In this document: positions 35,855 to 49,262 of the stretch, one piece after another
How the letters are laid out: every line of letters begins with the position of its first letter
How positions within the stretch are numbered: position 1 is the stretch's first letter
The notes under the pieces: model-generated
What the model was told of the DNA's origin: nothing
The model's input: only the letters and a program-made list of their open reading frames with translations
Database searches by the model: none
Program-made: the position numbers and the translations under genes
Source of the DNA: Felis catus
Taxonomy: Eukaryota
Assembly: GCF_018350175.1 (NCBI RefSeq)
Contig: NC_058369.1
Coordinates: 5,520,001 to 5,584,000 of the forward strand
Direction of reading: 5' to 3'
Length of the DNA stretch: 64,000 nucleotides

Positions 35855-36766
35855 CTTTGGAGGAAGCCACAGACCAGTCAGAAGAGCAAGGAAAGAGGAG
35901 AAAAAAAGGAAAACATAGTAAATACCAGTGACAGTTACATAAATTAAAAATACGATTTATATCACAAGGTTAGTTTTTATATCAACCCTTCTAAGGGGAA
36001 GCTCACAGGAATGACTCGCCTAGCCTTCCTTATTAAAAGCTGGGCTCCTTGTTACCTCCTCTGCCTGCACGTTACCAGCATGGCACTATAGCTGCTGAAG
36101 TTGTAATAAGCAGACCTAAATTCAGGTTCTCCAAGAAATCACACAAACTTTAGATCTGCTTCTCTCTGTACTCAAATCAATTCCTTATCATACTCCTCCT
36201 AAATCCATCCCTTCCGTAAATTAAAGCTCATCCTTTTGATTATTCTAAGCCATTCTATTGCGCGACAAAATAATTTAATTTTCTCTTTAAACTAGGCCAA
36301 TTTTAAACATTCAGATTTTAATAATTGTTTTACAATTTACTGGCACAAAGGCAACTTTTCGGAATCTTTGGTTCACACAACTTTCAAATTCAGCAAACGA
36401 CCAAGAGTAACATTTTCTAGACAAGAACACACGTTTTACATTAATATACCACCGCTAAAATTCCATGCATAATTCACACACAGCCAATTCCTCTGTTAAC
36501 AAAGAGACAATGCTGCTATTGGTCCCCAGTTATCCAAATTGGGCATCCAAACAGAATACCAAAAAGCTCTTTGGCCAGCCATTTGGAAAAGCGGGACTCC
36601 CGTTTGCAAATCCCCTCCCACCCCACTCAAATGTTTGGCAAAAATCAAACATAGCTACTGTAACATGAGCACTCACTGCCTTCCTGATTTCATTCGATTC
36701 CACGCCACCATACAGTTACATTTTTCAAGTAGTAAATCCACAGAAGAAATTCTCTCAGACACTTAC

Positions 36767-36819
36767 CCTTGACTTTCCTTCAGCGTCCATTAAGAGCTCC
36801 ACGTATGTTACCTCACCAA
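36767..36819 (-). CDS. HNRNPM: hnRNP M exon 3 (VGEVTYVELLMDAEGKSR)
   Basis: tgtag / gtaagt, 53 nt. Confidence 0.95.
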
Positions 36820-39800
36820 CTACAAATCAGTTTCCAGACGACACATAAACCAAGGGAGAAAAGCCAAGAAAACAATGGGAATTTAGAACAATCATCAGCA
36901 ACCTTGTATGGAGCCTCTGCCTTATAAGAAAGCCCAGAAACACTCCATATTCTCTAAACCACCAAACTAGGCATTACAGGTGTGCAGTAAAAGTAGGTGA
37001 GACTCGTTAACAATTATGTCCTTGATTTTCCTCCCACCACAAACAAGCTATTTCCACAGATTTCCGTATCAATTTCCCTGTCTGAAATACTCATTCATGA
37101 CTAGAGGCAATCCAAATCTACAGGAAAGAAGTCTGCGTGATTCACTTTTTTGGGGAAAGGAGGAAAACGGTTTTGCACGTACACTCTTACTGGTGAAAGC
37201 AGGTAAACAGCACACAGGCCGCAATGCCACTGAACTGAGCTCAACTGCTAAATCCAGGGATGTGCACGCACACATGCCCAAAGGGGCGGCTACAGGAGTG
37301 CACAAAGCCCGTCATTCAAGAGGGCCACGTGCATAGTTAGTTTAATGCTGCTGTTATCACAAAATTCTTAGTTTTTTAACGAGGCACCTCGTGTTTTCAT
37401 TTTGCACGGGGCCCCACAAAATCTGTAGCTGGTCCTGCGCACAGCACTAGGCTCCATAATGGTCAGAAGGAGGATGTTCGAGTATCCGATCGCAAAACCA
37501 GAGCAGCATCTGGATTCTCTTCGGTGAGTTAAGGCAGGCTTTTATTCCTCCTGCTTTTTCAACCTTCCCATTGAAAGACAAAGATAAATGCGAATTCAGA
37601 GCTCAGTTTGCAACTGACAGTTAAGACACAGGATTCTAATCTACACAAAGGTGGGGAAGGGGTTAAAAATGAAGCATTTCAAAAGGTTCCACAGATTTTC
37701 CTCAAGGTTTGGATTGCCAATTCATGACCACCATGACCAGATGTTAGAACCCATCAAGACGACAACCACCAAAATGGCTGCTGAACTTGAAGATGGCACA
37801 AGAACAACAGAAATTTGAAGTGTTAACTTGGAGAAAACATCTCTCAGCAGGCTCTCCAAAGCCAAGCAAGCGGTTTTGTACTCAGGAATATCCTTTTTGA
37901 AAAAGGATTATCTTTATGATAGTAAAGGCTTCTCCAATTCAGTGTTCAAGTTTGGTTTCACAGTACAAGAGTAAACGTAAGCCTCTTAATGGCCTTGACA
38001 AGTCCTGCCTATTCTAATTCATTTGTCCAAAGGAAATTAAAATTATAAGGAATTTAAAATACATCAAGGAATGATGTGAATGTAAAGTAGGATAAAATTA
38101 CTTCTAAAAATTAACAATTTGAAGGGAGTATTTATTAGCAATATACTTGCATGGCAGTTGACAACAAGAAGGCCAAGTGTTCAAAGTCACCTCCCCTTGT
38201 CTTTTTTTGGCACGTTACAGAACCAGACCAGCACTGTGCACAAAACAGGAAGGAGAATCAGTGCAAAGAACGAAGAGTGGAAATAGGGGCTGGTGTAATT
38301 TAACTTTTGGAGTATGTACTCCTGTGGGGCAAACTGAAAATGATCAGCCAAGGGACAGTCATACAAATTGGCTTTATTTCACCCTTACAAAGGAAAGCAA
38401 TTCCAAAAAAATTGTGGCCACATTCCTGAGGCCATGTTTTTAAACAGCCATTCATTTCAACAGCAGCAGCCATTTGAGGACCAACAGCCTTTATCTCCAC
38501 TTTGATAAAAATGCCAAATAGTGTCAAGACAGTGAAGAGACCTCAAATTTATTTTCTACAAGCGGGGACTACCACCTAGTGACCTTAAAAATAAATAATC
38601 ACAATCTCTAACTCAAGACAACTATGTTGTCAGAATTCAAATACTGTTGCGTTTGATAAGTTTCTAGTCCGTGTCCATAAAGACACTTTATCAAAACTGT
38701 CATTGCATCCTAGAAACCAAGTCCAAACCAAACTTTTTTCCAAAAAGCCAGGTTCAGAAATTAGGGCTTTGCCCACTTCACATTCTAGTGACGGCACACA
38801 TCCAACTTCAATCCTTAGCACCAAAACTTTGTTTAAAATGTCCTTTCTTATTTTTCCCCCCAAATGGTATAGTTGTTCAGTAAAAACAAAAAATTACATT
38901 AAAAAAACCCTCCACCCTATCCGTTTAGCCACAGATTAGGAAGTCATTGTGGCTCTAGCACGAGTAGTGCTGTTCGTGAGGACCGTTAATAATAACCGTG
39001 TCCCTCGTCAATTCCCAATGTCTCCCCTGAGAGACTGCCTTAATTCAGAGATGTAAGCAAATCAGTATACAAGATATGCAACAGGTGCTAGTTCGTACTT
39101 CCCTAGAGGAAGATCTAACGAAGACCACCTCTCTTTTCAGTTCTACAGGATTAAAACAAAAACCTGTTCAGTCAGAACAACTAGCAACAAAACTCTGAAG
39201 GCAAAATTTGCCAACCATGCATAGTCTGCTCGCAGCCAATGAAACTACGTTTAAGAAAGCAAATCCACCACAGCAGAGGAGCTAGGACTGAGAGGCAGAG
39301 GTAACAAATTGGCAGTAAGTAGCGAGTCTCTCTGAAATGGAACTCGCAGGTACTGATGAAAAACACAGTTGTTCCTCTCCCTTCCTGAACATGGATGGAA
39401 TCCATGGAATCTCAAGAGGAGGCGCTAGGAAATCCTTCTGAGCTTTAAACATCAAAACATCTATATGAAAAAACTAAGACTTCGAAAAATCTGACAAACG
39501 TTATCACCTACCTTTAGTTTAAAATGCTCCAAGTCACCTTTAACCAACATTTACACGGATTATTAAAAACATTGCCTCAAGAATAAAACACATCATGAGG
39601 ATAAGGAGAGTGAACACGCAACCCGAAATGAAGTCAGGAAGTCCCTAGGAGCTACTGTGATTTAACACTCCCGCACATATTTTTATCACCAGGAGTATTT
39701 GTTTCTGTGTTCTCATTTACTCTGAAACTGACCCCCCCCCCCAAAAAAAGATGATGTATGGAGGCCAAAACTTCACTGAAGAGAATTCACATGTGAAAAG

Positions 39801-41054
39801 GCCTATAATTTAAAAGATGGGGTTGGAGGGGGAAGGCTCAAAAGTAGGGTATGTTATCAAATGCATTCCCCTCAAACACATTCAACTCTCAGCTGGCTGC
39901 TCTCACAGAGGGGTGCACAGAACAAATGAGTATTTTAACTGGAAAGCTTGTATCTTTAATACATAGACAACATGAAACGTGGCAAACTAATTGTTCTACA
40001 CAACGTCTACTTAATTTAATGGACAAACTGGATACTTATGGAGCCCGTTCTTGCTACTTTCATAGCAAAAGCTGAAGACCACTACTTCTCTAACTAAACC
40101 AAAACCTACCAAGTAAGCTAAGGCAGGCTACACTATCCAGGTTCAACCCAAGTACCCCCAGATAGAGATGCCTTAGCCTAATTCTTTAAAAAATGCAGGC
40201 TGAATTTCCAAAACAGGAAAACACAAAGGAACAAAAGGACTGGATATGGATTTTTACTTAAATTGAAAATAAAGTTCGGCTCCATAAATCCACAACATAG
40301 GTTGTCTTCAAGGGCCAAGGGAGACTTTCTTCTGGACTACACTTGCCCTCTGGGCCTCAGTTTTCTGTCAGCTGGAATCTGAAATTTACTCAGAGTGATG
40401 CATTAAATGAGGACAGGATTAAGTGCTTAAAGAAATCCTTGCTTACACAGGTCAACCTGACTGCTGATAAACTTGGGATTGATTGAGAGTAAACTCCATC
40501 ATGGACTTTCCTTTATTCCTCCAACTGTGCTGTTTACTCAGGGCAGGTCCAACTCAGGCCTGTCTGGTTACAACCGCCCCACCTCGATGTGCCAACTACC
40601 TGGTCAGGCCAGGAGAACAAGAACAAGCAGCCCAATAACCAATAAGGAGCTTTATTCACCCACACAGGACTTCCCAGTAACGTAGCACAACACCAAGTGT
40701 GAATTCCCAAGAGCACCGTTTTTCACCCAGTCCTTAAGGTCAAACACCTGCAATGTGATTCCAATCTGTCAAGGGGTAAAAACTGGGTGACTGGGACCTG
40801 GTGTGACAATCGCCAATTCAAATTTCCTATCACCCTGACTCTCAATTTGGTTTCAATCCAGCAACTCTTTGGTGTTCACAGCAGCCATTTATTTGTTCCA
40901 TGTAATATCTCTGTTAAAAAGAAACATGGTCAAGAGAAAGGACAATAGAAACCTTTCCTTTGTTCCATCAGGACACTTAGAACAGGAAGAGGAAAGTTCA
41001 GCGTTCTATTCTATGGGCTGTGAAAACTGTTGAAGCCACATCCCTGACCAATAT

Positions 41055-41131
41055 AGGGGGAGGGGGAGGGGGAGGGGGAGGGGGAGGGGGAGGGGGAGGG
41101 GGAGGGGGAGGGGGAGGGGGAGGGGGAGGGG
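41055..41131 (+). repeat. (AGGGGG)n pure hexamer repeat, about 12-13 copies
   Basis: Seen directly. Confidence 0.97.
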
Positions 41132-43939
41132 TGGGTAGTGAGCAAAAAGGCAGCCCGACTCAGGACAAAACAAGCTTTCCATGCATTCTCTCTTTAAACT
41201 CAGTGATGCTGATTTCATGATAGTGTCACCAAACAGCTGGGCACCAAACAGGCTTTGTGACCCCATCCAGGGGAAAAAGGCAAAGTGACCAATTCACAGA
41301 ATACACGTGTCATTCATAGGATGTCCCAGAATGTTGCCAAATGCTAAAACTTAAGACGGACAACATACGCCCGGTGGCCATGTAAGGGGGTAAAGATCAG
41401 GAATCACAGAGGGGTACAAGAGGCAATCTCAGGCATGATTGGCCTTAGAAAAGCTCTGGTCATGCCACTTTAAAGCATCTAGTTTAGTTCTGAGAGGCGG
41501 CAATTAGACAGTGTTGCAGTGACAGGACATTTCCCAGACCTTTCAGTTGAAGACAACTAATGAAGCTTATTCCACTGGTTTCCTGAAACAGCAAAACTCT
41601 TAAGAGGCAGACCAATAAAAAGCGTCTGGGTTATAACAAGCCAGGTCTCTGCAGCTGGTCCACTCTGGAGATTACCTGGAGACTGACGCTTTTAGGGTGC
41701 TAACTGTCCCTAGCTGCGGCAACAGGCCTTCAAAAAATAAAAACTTACTTGCAACAGGTTTCAAGTAAATACTACAGATTTCAAATAACCACCTACACAG
41801 TTTTCAGCATACCAAGAAACGAATAAAACTGTAATTTTAAATCTCATAATAAAAATAAGAACATTTTTAAGGAGGCCTATGTAGGTGAACAGTAAACTTC
41901 AGACTTCCCATGCTGAACAGAAGCATTACCATAAAAAATTACCTTTCTCTTATGAATTCCCTTTACCCACAATACAATACTGCAAATAACTGAAACAGAA
42001 AAATAATTAATTTAACCTATACAGGGGAGCTCTAAACAAGAACATTTTAAGATTTGTTTAAAATAACTGATTTACTGCACACCTGTAATTCTAAGTTACA
42101 CCACCAAAAAAATACACTGAAAGGGCTGAGCCAGGGCATTCATAGCAGTATGCCAGGGGAATATGAGAACCAGTTTGGAAGTATCCGAATAAACCACCAG
42201 GCTGGCCCCACACTTAATACAGTGCAAAATAGGAAATTGAGGTGAACTGCTTCTACATCCAGAAACGTCATGGCTGCTGCTGCTACCAGCTTTAAGGCTT
42301 CCAAAACTGAATTACTGAATGGTAAAGCAGTAAAAATGTCACCTACTTTATCCATCATGTCCCAAAACTGGTTCACACACTCCTAAAAATAAAAAATAAT
42401 TTGGCCTGCAATCTCTTACAAAATTCTAACAATTGCATTTTCAAAGCCACATTCCTGGTTCTTGGAACTACTATACCTTATTATCAATGGAAGTAGCAAT
42501 TCAGCGGTTCAACCAAATCACAAAAACACAAATTTGGGAGTTATTCCAAAAACTAATTCGAATGAGACCCAACTGTACTGTACAGAAATTCTAAGCTTGT
42601 ATTGAAGCAGCAGTCCCAAAAACCAAGAACACTGCATCTGGGATGCCACAGGACACGCCCTTCAGACAAAAAGAAGAAACTTCACTCTTGCCCTAGGAGC
42701 ATTGGCAGGAATGATTTGGCTGATCGAGGCAGGAAAACAAATCTCACACCGAAACATTTTTCCATCCGTGTTCTCTGGAGAACTACTACACGGGAGCAGC
42801 CTACATGACTGTACAGAGAAGTTCACGGTGCCCAGTGCTTCTGGCACGTCATGGATGGGACAATGACGGCAGTGGGCCAGTCATAATTTCAAAACCCGAT
42901 GCTGGGAGCACCAGTACACATACCAGAGTGGCCTATCCAAGTGGCATCTCTGCCACTGAAATGTTAATCATTGGACAATTCAAACTTGCATCTCTTTTCG
43001 TTATGAATGCTCCAGAAAACCAGTAACTTTCAGTCCTTCAAAAAGACTCCATTTAAGGGTAATTTGATTCTAGTTTCCCTTGGGGGAGACCTCAAGGCAT
43101 CAGACAAATTGTTCTCTATCAATAGTTTTGTCTAAACCAGGGCTGAGCAATCTCTGCAGCCCTGAGTGCCACCAGCAGGGCCAAGAATCAGGAAAGAAAG
43201 AAGACAAAAGCAGAACAAGAATGTGAAAAGGAAGAGGATCCGTATGGTGTGCACAGGGGGTGAGGCAGAGGACCACAAGGACAACCGGCCTCCTAGGACC
43301 TCCTGGTGGCAGCAGAGCTTCGGCTGCTCCCCCTGCCCTGGCCCGGGACACCAGGCCGCTACTGATGTTTGCCGGCAAGAACGGCATTGCCCGGCAGATG
43401 CCTTATTTTGAGCTCTCCAATTGCCAATCTAACCCATGTTTCTTCCCAGGGTGGAAAAAGCCCAAGTTTAAATACAAGCTCATGTTTTAGAATTTAGAAG
43501 CTGAGCAGCGCAAGTTCCAACTACCAAATTTTGATCCCAGGAAGACATCCACAAAATTTAAACAAACTACCTTCCCTCCAGAATTAAAAAGCTAAAAAAA
43601 AATTTTTAAAGGAAAAACCTCTCCCACCTAATATGAAGAAATCAAAAAATTTCCTTAACACAAAGAGGTTCCCTTCAAGCTTAATCAAAGTCCTATTAAC
43701 CATATTAAGCCAGTAAAATCATTTGTAGGCCAAAGGACCATACAAACCACCCTGTTTGACACACAGGTGCATGACCACACAAAAAAGTAGGGTGGGTAAA
43801 GCGGCTTAACTCTCAAGCCTGGACAGAACACAATGCTCTACCCAGATCAACTTCCACTGACAAAAAATAACCAAGGAATTAGCCACAGAAAAGATGACAC
43901 ATCAACCTTCTTACCCTACTCGACCACCAGTACCATTAC

Positions 43940-44109
43940 CTTTTTCTTTAACCAGGTCTTTAAGTGACTGCCATTTCACATCAAAAGGTATGTTTGTAAT
44001 GAAGGCTCTGTATCTTTTAGTTGGATTGGCATATGGCTCAAAGCGATTGCCTCCTCTTTTTATGTTTTTCTCCTTCCTCTTCTCATTCTGAGTAGGTCGC
44101 TCTCCTTCA
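43940..44109 (-). CDS. HNRNPM: hnRNP M exon 2 (...RFEPYANPTKRYRAFITNIPFDVKWQSLKDLVKEK)
   Basis: ttcag / gtaatg, 170 nt, PY-type NLS and start of RRM1. Confidence 0.95.
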
Positions 44110-44549
44110 CTGAATTCGAAGGGAAAAAAAAGGGTCCATATGTTAGCACAACATGAAAGACAGTATTTGATTTGCCAGATTTAGAATTCCACACAGTTAC
44201 ATCCATCACAAGACTAATCTTGACTTTGTTCTGAGACATTCAAACTTCAGTGCTCCTAGAGCAGAAAGGTAAAGTACCACACTCCTTAAAACCCACATAT
44301 CAAGAAGCCATTCCCAATAAACTGTGCTCTCCTCTGCCTTCACACATTCCTAGGGGATATAATAGAGATAGGAGCCAGGAGCCAACTCCCTGCCCAAGGT
44401 GTTTTCATTTCATGCCAGAAACAGGAAAAAAGAAGGGAAGATTTGCAAGATTTCATGGAACAGAAATGAGCTGGTGCACATAGGCCCAATCAACTTTAAC
44501 TTCACAAATAAAACTGCCTTTTTATTTTGAGGGGGGGAAAATGTTTTTT

Positions 44550-45100
44550 AAGCTGGAATATAAAATGGTACAGCCACTACAGAAAAGCTTGGCAGTCACT
44601 CAAAAAGTTAAAACACGTAATTACCATATGACCCAACAATTCTACTCCTGGGTACAGATCCAAAAGAAGTGACAGGAAGGAGGAAATACTTGTACACCAA
44701 ATAGCATTATTCGTAATAGCCAAGAGGTGGAAACAACCCAAGGGTCCACCAACAGATGAATGGAATAAAGAAACGTGGTACAGCCATAAAGAGATTCTTC
44801 AGCCATAAAAAGGCACGGAATGCTGATACATGCTGCAACACAGATGAAGTCTGAAAACATTATACTACGCAAAATAAGTCAGACAGATAAGGAAGACAGA
44901 ATAGAGGTTTCCAGAAGCTGGAGGGAGTTGGGAAAGGGGTTATTGTTTAATGGATGAGAGTTTCTGTTTGGGATGAGAAAGAAAGTTCTGAAAATGGACA
45001 GTGGTATATGCTCAACATTGTATTTAATCCCCCTGAACTATACACTTAACATGGTTAAAACGGCATATTTTACGTACATTTTACCACAATTTTTTTTTTT
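44550..45100 (+). mobile_element. Old L1M 3' fragment
   Basis: aaatggtacagccact, ccatatgacccaacaattctactcctggg, ttttaccacaat end. Confidence 0.8.
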
Positions 45101-45840
45101 AACAGTAAAGAAGTCATCCTCTATACAACCCTAGGAAAACCAAAGTCTGAGCAACCCAGGTAGGTAAAAGACAATATGCAGCCAACGATCCCACCTTCAG
45201 CAAAGGGTGAATGTTCTTCTGGTGTGGCTTTTCCTATAATACTCTTTACCTTTCTGTGTCAGGAGTCTCCATGCCATAACACTTCGTTTCTAAGCTCTAC
45301 AGATACAAATTCAGCTTAGAAGGTTTCACAAGCAAACCTCCAAAGCACAGAATCAGACATTAGGCTGGAAACTTAGGCGACAGCACAGAGAAACAGGCCA
45401 GTGTGTGCGGCCAGGGCAGGGCCCACACACAGGCCAAGTGAAGCTACTCCGTGAGCTGCCTGCCCACTCTTGTTCAGCCCCCTGTGACTACAGGCAGACA
45501 CCGGTAAGAGGTGATCAGGAACAAATGGGGATCCAACAGACACAGGAAGTTCTCTCGCTTCCTACACTGGGTCCTGCACTTTCTGCTTACCAAGCCCTAC
45601 GCTTTCCCCCAGTGAAAATGCAGAAAACTCCCAAACCACAGATTTTAGCAGACTTTGTGATCCATGACTAAAACGGAAAAAACAAAAAGCCAAGATTGTC
45701 TATTACTGATTTACAAACCCACCTTCGTTTAATTAAAGGGCTGACCTTTACTCTAGGATATGTCTTCCTTGCATGGGAAAAGTAGTGTTCAAATACCAGA
45801 TGATAGCTTAGAGAAGTATTTACTGGGGGGGGGGGGGGGA

Positions 45841-46060
45841 TTTTTTTTTTTTTAATGTTTATTTATTTTTTGAGACACAGAGAAACAGCGCATAAACGGG
45901 GGAGGGTCAGAGAGAGAGGGAGACACAGAATCAGAAGCAGGCTCCAGGTTCTGAGCTGTTGGCACAGAGCCTGATGCGGGGCTCGAACTCACGGACCATG
46001 AGATCATGACCTGAGCCGAAGTTGGACGATTAACCGACCGAGCCACCCAGGCACCCCCCA
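45841..46060 (-). mobile_element. Can-SINE (SINEC_Fc-like)
   Basis: Reverse-complement head gagccacccaggcacccc and T-rich tail. Confidence 0.92.
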
Positions 46061-47395
46061 AAAAAATTTTTTAAGTCATCTATATGCCCCCCATGAGGCT
46101 TTAACTCATGACCCTGAGATCAAGAGTCACAAGCCGTACCAACTGAGCCACCCCACTTGGAAAATTTTAATGTTATCAACTTAGCAACTTTTTTATAAAC
46201 CCCAGAGTTTCTTCTGCTGGTCCCTCATATCCAAACACAAGGGTGCCAAGTGGTAACCCAGTCAAAGTATCCTCCTAGGCAAAAGTAAGGAAAGCAGCTT
46301 CCTCCATGATTTTAACTACACCAACATGCAATAAATAGACTTCCTTCACAGAGGCTGGCAGATGTGGAGGGGTATGGCCACTCTAGTCTCTAAATTCCTA
46401 GAATTCTACGGTCTACCCAGGTTCACACGAGAGCCTTCTCAGGCTGACTGCACACCACAAGCAGATCTCAAAGGAATCCCTCAACCACCAGAGACCACCT
46501 GTCTATGCCATACGAAAGTCCCACGCCAAAGTCTGCCGAAGAGCACATCTGCCAAAGCGTCTCTTGTTCCTGGCAGATAGGAGGAAAGTGTTAGTAAAAA
46601 TCAATAAAATGTAGATCAACCTACCTTCATGGACCTACAGGGAGGGTCTGTGCATAAAAAAGTATTTCAATATCTAGTTTCTTTTAAAACCTAAATACTC
46701 TATGATTTATGTTAAAAAACATCATCCTGACACAAAGTCCATGACACAGTAATAGCTGCATCTGTGTTTTCACAGACGTGCTCAGTTCATCTACTAGTTA
46801 CAAAATCTATCAACAACGAATTACAGCCAAAGCAGGTAACAAAGTGTCTAGCCTACATTCTGCAGATCATTATGGCTGAGAATAAACTAGCTACCCAATC
46901 TAACCACAGAAGCTGGGTATTTGGTTTGGGGTTAATCCCTATCACACGGCTCACCATCAAGCAAGCAGCTCATATGGATTATGCCCAAGATGTGAGCACA
47001 GCACTCTGTACCCCAATCCTCCTCTGGCTCATCATTTCCACGGAGAAGTTTCATCCTAAGTAAAAGGGGTCAGAACTATCATCACTTCCAGCTTCCCAAA
47101 AAACTGACCTTCTCGTAAACCCAAAGATCACTACCAATTCTTCTTTTTAAAAAATGCTTTTCATAATCTCTACCTCCAACATGAGGCTTGCACTCACAAC
47201 CCCGAGATCAAAAGTCACATGTTCTACGGACTGAAACAGCCAAGTGCCTGCCCCTTTGTAAACTTTTCTTTTGTCTTAAGTAATATCTACACGACCAACC
47301 CCTCTTGACAGAATTGCAGACCACCCTCAAAGAAATCCCACTCAAAATACACATTCAACTATTGAGAATGTGAGGGTTTTAAGAGTGGTTTCCTC

Positions 47396-47920
47396 GGGGT
47401 GCCTGGGTGGTTCACTCGGTTCAGCATCCCAACTCTTGATTTCGGTTCAGGTCACGATCTCGTGGTTCATGAGTTCAAGCCTGCATCACACTCTGTGCTG
47501 ACAGTGCAGAGCCTAAGTGGGATTCTCTCTCTCCCTGTTCCTCCCTCGACTGTGCTCTCAAAATAAATAAACTTAAAAAAAAAGTGGTATCCTGAATGCC
47601 CAATTTGATTTTCTCACTTATCTTCAGGATAAAATTGGGGGAATATTCTTCTATAGCCCTAAGATATTTATAACATTTAATTCCGAAAACCTTTTAGAAG
47701 TAAGTTTTTAGGGGCACCTGGGTGGCTCAGTCTGTCAAGCAGCCAACTTCGTCCCAGGTCATGATCTCGCAGTTGAGGAGTTTGAGCCCAGCATCAGGAC
47801 AGCTCAGAACCTGGAGCCTGCTTCAGAGTCGCTGTCTCCCTCTCTCTTTGCCCTTACCCAACTTACACTATCTCTCTCTCAAAAAATAAACATTAAAAAA
47901 ACTTAAAGAAAAAAAAGTAA
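47396..47920 (+). mobile_element. Two Can-SINEs (47396-47583 and 47711-47920)
   Basis: Typical heads and tails. Confidence 0.88.
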
Positions 47921-47999
47921 ATTTTTATAAGTGGATTATATTTTGAAATTGATAAACTGCTTACTCCCAGATACCCCAAATTTAGATTACAGACCTTAA

Positions 48000-48750
48000 A
48001 AATATTAAACACACACCTACCATATGACCCAATCATTCACAGCTACTTATCCAAGAGAAAATAAAGCATATATTCATACAAAAACTTGTACCTAAATATT
48101 CACAGCAACATTTGTAATACCCTAAAACTGGAAATCTGTCTACTAAACAGGTAAACGAAAAACCAAATTGTAGTAGAACCATAAGCTGAAATGCTACTCA
48201 GCAACAAAAAGTAAAAAAACTATACACAACAAAAGGGAATCTCAACACAATCCTACTCGAACAAACCAGACCAAAACAAGGAGTATACATAGGATTCCAT
48301 CATATAGAAGTCTACATGTGAGAAAACCTAATCTGGCAAACTAATCCACACCAAGGTTTCTCAGCCTCAGCACTACGGGCATCCCTGCCAGCAGCTCTGC
48401 TGTGTGGGACTGCCGCATGCATCCCTGACCTCTACCCAAGAGGTTCCAGTAGCAACCGCATCCCTCAGTCTTACAGGTGAAAAACAAAAATGTCTCCAAG
48501 ACACTTCTAAATGTACCCCGAAGAGGAAAAAAGTCAACTATGTTCAGAACCACTGATGCATACTGAAGGAAAGCAGATCTATGGTTGCGGGTAGGGGGAG
48601 AGAACTCCAAAGATTACAGAGGAGAGAAAAAACTTGTTGTGGGCGTCATAGACATATTTATTACACCGATTCAGTGAGGGATTCATAATACTGACACCAA
48701 GCTGCACGTTTCCAATACGTGTGCTTATTGTGCCAATAACACCAATACAG
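48000..48750 (+). mobile_element. Old L1M 3' fragment interrupted by MER20
   Basis: L1 3'UTR phrases on both sides of 48352-48555. Confidence 0.65.
48352..48555 (-). mobile_element. MER20-like hAT DNA transposon
   Basis: Termini ggtttctca...agaaccactg, internal atccctgacctctacc and aaaaatgtctcca match the MER20 reverse complement as recalled. Confidence 0.75.
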
Positions 48751-48759
48751 TTTCTGAGG

Positions 48760-49262
48760 TTTATTTTTATTTATTTTGAGAGAGAGCATGTGTGCACAAA
48801 CGAGAAGGGCAGTGAGAGAGGGAAAGAGAATCCCAAGCAGGCTCCGCACAGAGCCCATTTCGAGGCTTGATCCCACAAGCTGTGAGATCATGACCTGAGC
48901 CGAAATCAAGAGTCAGACGCTTCACTGAGCCACCCACGCACCTCAGCAATAGAGATTTTTTATAAAGTTTCTACTTCTGCTTGTGGAATTTCAAACTAAC
49001 TCTAACAACTTGATTTGTAACTCCAACATAAAGTAGATTTTAATTTTTTTAATGTTTATTTACTTTTGAGAGAGAGAGAGAGAGAGACAGACGGACAGAG
49101 CAAACAGGGGAGGAGCAGAGAGAGGGAGACACAGAATCCGAAACAGGCTCCAGGCTCCAAGCTGTCAGCACAGAGCCCGACGCGGGGCTCGAACCCACGA
49201 ACCACAAGATCATGACCTAGCTGAAGTCGGACACTAAACCCACTGAGCCACCCAGGTGCCCC
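48760..49262 (-). mobile_element. Two Can-SINEs (48760-48945 and 49040-49262)
   Basis: Reverse-complement heads. The second is flanked by TSD aacataaagtaga. Confidence 0.88.

Noticed and set aside
41006..41266. Poly-Gly and Pro-Leu ORFs
   Set aside because: Translations of the (AGGGGG)n microsatellite.
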